NCBI GenBank assembly: GCA_965215015.1
Contig: OZ244042.1
Coordinates: forward strand, 736,001 to 800,000
Direction of reading: 5' to 3'
DNA: 64,000 bases
From: Candidatus Poribacteria bacterium
Lineage (GTDB): Bacteria; Poribacteria; WGA-4E; PCPOR2b
The position numbers and the translations under genes were made by a program. Shown one piece after another: positions 60,879-64,000 of the stretch (positions are counted from its first letter, which is position 1; each line of letters begins with the position of its first letter). The notes under the pieces are model-generated. The model was not told where the DNA came from and ran no database searches. It saw only the letters and a list, made by a program, of their open reading frames with translations.

Positions 60879-62417
60879 CTAGATGTCCGTGAATGGGGAA
60901 CGCTCGAAACGACAACCCGGCTCAACGACCCGCGGATCTTCCTGTTCTATCAGAACGCTCATGAGTTGATCCGAGAGTTGTTGTCGAACTGCGCTGTAGC
61001 TAGCCTCCTCCGCCACGTTATTCAGGTAGTGTGGATCCGCCCGCAAGTCATAGAGTTCCTCCGCTGGGAATTTCCCAAATCCCATCTCGAATAGCTTGCG
61101 TACCTGTGTCTCCGCACGGTGGTGAATCATCCACGCCTTTGTTGGACTCGCATCCATGTCGGGATAGACGATTCGTGTGTCATTGCAAAGCTCATCGAAC
61201 GATGGGGGCTCCATGGTGGGATCGTCCAAACCCTTCGGATTACCCATGGGCCAACGGTCGGGAGCGAAGTTGCGGATGTACAGGAAATCCTTCGTGCGGA
61301 TGGCGCGTTGCGGGTAAGGCAGATTTCCCTCCCGTGCTGTGCCAACGTGTCGTTCTCGACCGGTAACAACGAACGTCCGTTCTGAATCTACTTGCTCGTT
61401 CTGCGATGAGGTTAGCACATTTAGCAGACTCCGAGCCGTCATGTCGCTGTGGGGTTCAAGGCCAGCAGCTTCCATGAAGGTTGGGGCTAAATCCATGAGG
61501 TTCACAAAGTCGTTTACCGTTCTGCCTGCGGGGACATGTCCGGGCCAACGCGCTGCCAGTGCAACCTCGCAGCCAAGGTTGTATAGGTTGCATTTGCCGC
61601 GGGGGAAGCCCGGAATGCCGTGGTCACCGCTCACGACAATTAGCGTATTATCCAGCTCCCCCAATTCTTCTAGGCGATCCAGCAGCAAGCCGAGCCCGGC
61701 ATCCACAGCGAGGCATTCACCCAAGTAATCGCAGACATCTTCCCGCACATCGTGCACGTCCGGCAGAAAAGCGGGCAAACGCCCCTTCAGGTCGTCCGGG
61801 TTTAATCCCCAGAGCACCTTGCCAGACCCACGCTGCCATTTGCGATGTGTGTTTGTGGGTCCCCACCAGTAGCAGAACGGTGCATCCGGTGAACGCGCCT
61901 CCAGAAAGGCGTCGAAGTTTTGGCAAGATTCGTCGTAAAGAATCTGTTTCGCACCCTCGACACCATGTTCAGGAACGTTTTCTGTGGCAACGAACGAAAA
62001 CTCACCGAATTTTGTTCCTGCGGGTGCGTAGCGTGTCCGATCTCCGCCGTAGGGTGCATCGCGTGGCGTCCCTGGCGACCATGCCTTGTAGGTGTAGCCG
62101 ATATGGTAGCCTGCTTCTTCCAACAGCAAGGGATATGAGGGGATGGATGCATCCCAGACCGCTCCTTGGAGGATTGCGCCACGCCCCGTCTGCCAGAAGT
62201 AGCGTCCCGTGAGCAAAGAACTCCGGCACGGCGTGCAGGAAGGCGCAGGAACAAAAGCGTTGGTGAACAGGGCACCTTCGCGCGCGACGCGGTCAAAGTT
62301 TGGCGTATCCAGTAGGGCGTTAGGCGTATTATTCCCTTCAACCTGTCGATACGCGCTGGCGTACCTTCCCCAGTCGTCGGCGAAAGCGAATAGGATGTTC
62401 GGGCGTTTATCGGTCAT
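60879..62417 (-). CDS. Formylglycine-dependent sulfatase
   Basis: [35 protein letters not shown]. Confidence 0.93.
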   Translation of the reverse strand: MTDKRPNILFAFADDWGRYASAYRQVEGNNTPNALLDTPNFDRVAREGALFTNAFVPAPSCTPCRSSLLTGRYFWQTGRGAILQGAVWDASIPSYPLLLEEAGYHIGYTYKAWSPGTPRDAPYGGDRTRYAPAGTKFGEFSFVATENVPEHGVEGAKQILYDESCQNFDAFLEARSPDAPFCYWWGPTNTHRKWQRGSGKVLWGLNPDDLKGRLPAFLPDVHDVREDVCDYLGECLAVDAGLGLLLDRLEELGELDNTLIVVSGDHGIPGFPRGKCNLYNLGCEVALAARWPGHVPAGRTVNDFVNLMDLAPTFMEAAGLEPHSDMTARSLLNVLTSSQNEQVDSERTFVVTGRERHVGTAREGNLPYPQRAIRTKDFLYIRNFAPDRWPMGNPKGLDDPTMEPPSFDELCNDTRIVYPDMDASPTKAWMIHHRAETQVRKLFEMGFGKFPAEELYDLRADPHYLNNVAEEASYSAVRQQLSDQLMSVLIEQEDPRVVEPGCRFERSPFTDI

Positions 62418-62439
62418 TCTAAGTCTCCTTTGTCTAAGT

Positions 62440-62753
62440 GCTTGTTATAAAGTTTACCTCTTTCTTGTCTGGAGAAAATTTTCGTTATATTCGTTTCAGC
62501 CCCTTCTTCTAAAGTTAAGCCTAACTCTGTGCACATTTGTGTTAAGCACCAGAGCACATCATCCAATTCGTTTTTTATTTTTTGTCCTCTTCTGTGATTT
62601 GACTGTTCTAATCCGTGAAGATCTTCTTTATTTTATTCCAGACTTCTCCCGCTTCATTTGCTAAACCTATTATCGGATATACAATTGGGTAATTCATTGG
62701 GATAATACCCGAGTTTTTCTGGATTCAGTTTGATATGTGTTAAAATCCTTCAT
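62440..62753 (-). pseudogene. MazG-like nucleotide pyrophosphohydrolase pseudogene
   Basis: Across frames: MKDFNTYQTESRKT / YPIVYPIIGLANEAGEVWNKIKKIFTD* / KNELDDVLWCLTQMCTELGLTLEE..ETNITKIFSRQERGKL. Confidence 0.8.
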
Positions 62754-63043
62754 GCCCATAATACCTTTCCATGGTATCCATAGGCCAAGAAGTTTAATTG
62801 TCGTTGGTTAGGGATTTCCGTGGGGAACGCAGATCTGTGTTCCCTACACAAGTTTACATCTACCAATCCCAAAGGACAAGTAGCAACTTGCATTATCTTA
62901 GTCTAACAGCGTGGGTAAGTCAAGAAACAATTTCAGCAGAGGTGTAGCAAAAGAACCGGCTTCTAAAAAAGTCAAGCAATCAAAAAAAGTCGCTGACATT
63001 TTTGATTGTTTGGGCACATAATATAAGGAAGGGGGGTAACACA

Positions 63044-64000
63044 TTGAAGCAAGATGATGTACAAATCGTTCACGCCATTCGAGGTGGGGATTCCGCAGCC
63101 TTTACCGCACTTGTGGAAAAATACAAAAAGATAGTGTACAGTGTCATTTTACCGAAGGTACGGGACTTCCATCAAGCCGAAGATCTGACCTCGGAAACGT
63201 TCATCAGAGCGTATCTATCGATCGAATCCCTCGACGCACCGGAAAAAGTCGGTATGTGGCTGTGTGGGATCGCGCGGAACCTCGCCAACAAGTGGCTCTA
63301 CCGGGAGAAGCGAGACGATTTGAGCGTTGAGAGGTTACTCGAAAACACTTCCGAATCAGCGCATAAAGCCCAGCTACTACACGTCAGTGCAGCCGAAAAA
63401 ATGCCGGACGAAACCGTCGAACGCGCAGAGCTGCGTCAACTACTGTGGCGTTGCCTCATTTCGTTACCTGACCTCTCTTCTGAAGTCCTGATCCTATCCT
63501 ACATCCGCGAAATGAAGTCCTCTGAGATTGCGAAATTTCTGGGAATTTCACAGACAGCGGTTACCACACGATTGTCAGACGCGCGCAAACGATTGAAGAA
63601 GGAGATGATTCGTATGGCCGAAAGCACAATTGAGAGCCAACCGTTAGCCGAAGACTTCACCGAACAGGTTGTCGCAGAAGCGATAAAACGGGGCGATCGG
63701 TATCTTGCCGATGGGCACTGGAAAAGTGCCCGTGAACAGTTTCAACGCGCCGCAGATATTCAAGCGGACTACGCACCCGCATATCGGGGCCTCGGTATGG
63801 TCGCACGGGGGATGATTGAGGAGCAACTTTCTCTCCCGCATGGAATGGTTGATATCACGTTGATTGAAGAAGCGTGTACCGAACTCGCCCGCGCCTATCG
63901 GCTCGGTGCACGGGGGGCCGATACAGTCCGGACACTGGCACATCTGTACCATCAGTTTCAGCGGTGTGAAGAATATGTGGACCTGCTTTGGAACTTTGCC
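63044..64000 (+). CDS. ECF RNA polymerase sigma factor with C-terminal TPR-like extension (3'-truncated; absent from ORF track)
   Basis: TTG start after AAGGAAGGGGGG; GDSAAFTALVEKY, AEDLTSETFIRAY, WLCGIARN, EIAKFLGIS..AVTTRLSDAR; then AREQFQRAADIQADYAPAYRGLG. Confidence 0.9.
   Translation, partial: MKQDDVQIVHAIRGGDSAAFTALVEKYKKIVYSVILPKVRDFHQAEDLTSETFIRAYLSIESLDAPEKVGMWLCGIARNLANKWLYREKRDDLSVERLLENTSESAHKAQLLHVSAAEKMPDETVERAELRQLLWRCLISLPDLSSEVLILSYIREMKSSEIAKFLGISQTAVTTRLSDARKRLKKEMIRMAESTIESQPLAEDFTEQVVAEAIKRGDRYLADGHWKSAREQFQRAADIQADYAPAYRGLGMVARGMIEEQLSLPHGMVDITLIEEACTELARAYRLGARGADTVRTLAHLYHQFQRCEEYVDLLWNFA

Noticed and set aside
22306-62212. Long antisense or alternate-frame ORFs (for example 22306-22977, 53396-53962, 61559-62212)
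   Set aside because: They overlap well-supported genes and have no recognisable motifs; treated as shadow ORFs.

Overview
Bacterial chromosomal window, mostly metabolic: four PhyH-type dioxygenases, SDRs, sugar-acid and amino-sugar enzymes, CE7 esterases, a sulfatase, glnE, aroB, pyrG-kdsB, hemE-hemH, thiE-thiD, a Fur-boxed Fe3+ ABC transporter and an ECF sigma-TPR fusion that runs off the end. The PhyH expansion, the NHL and PD40/TolB repeat proteins and a C-terminal L-x-V-S-x6-T-x-W-G-x-x-K tail suggest Candidatus Poribacteria or a relative; this is an inference. Main points: (1) a rhodanese whose catalytic Cys codon is an in-frame TGA, a probable selenoprotein; (2) a ~1240-aa Omp85-family protein fused to DUF4097-like and CBM9-like domains, with a duplicated last strand; (3) a stand-alone Klenow-like family A polymerase with a ~70-aa basic helical insert in ExoI; (4) two in-window copies of a putative C-terminal sorting motif; (5) a ferrochelatase with a four-Cys insert; (6) an active plus catalytically dead CE7 pair; (7) several decayed genes not evident in the ORF track (MNT-HEPN, GH127, MazG, TolB-like) and a mosaic of MITE/REP-like repeats. 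I saw no rRNA, tRNA, CRISPR array or transposase. All calls come from reading motifs by eye; no database searches were run.
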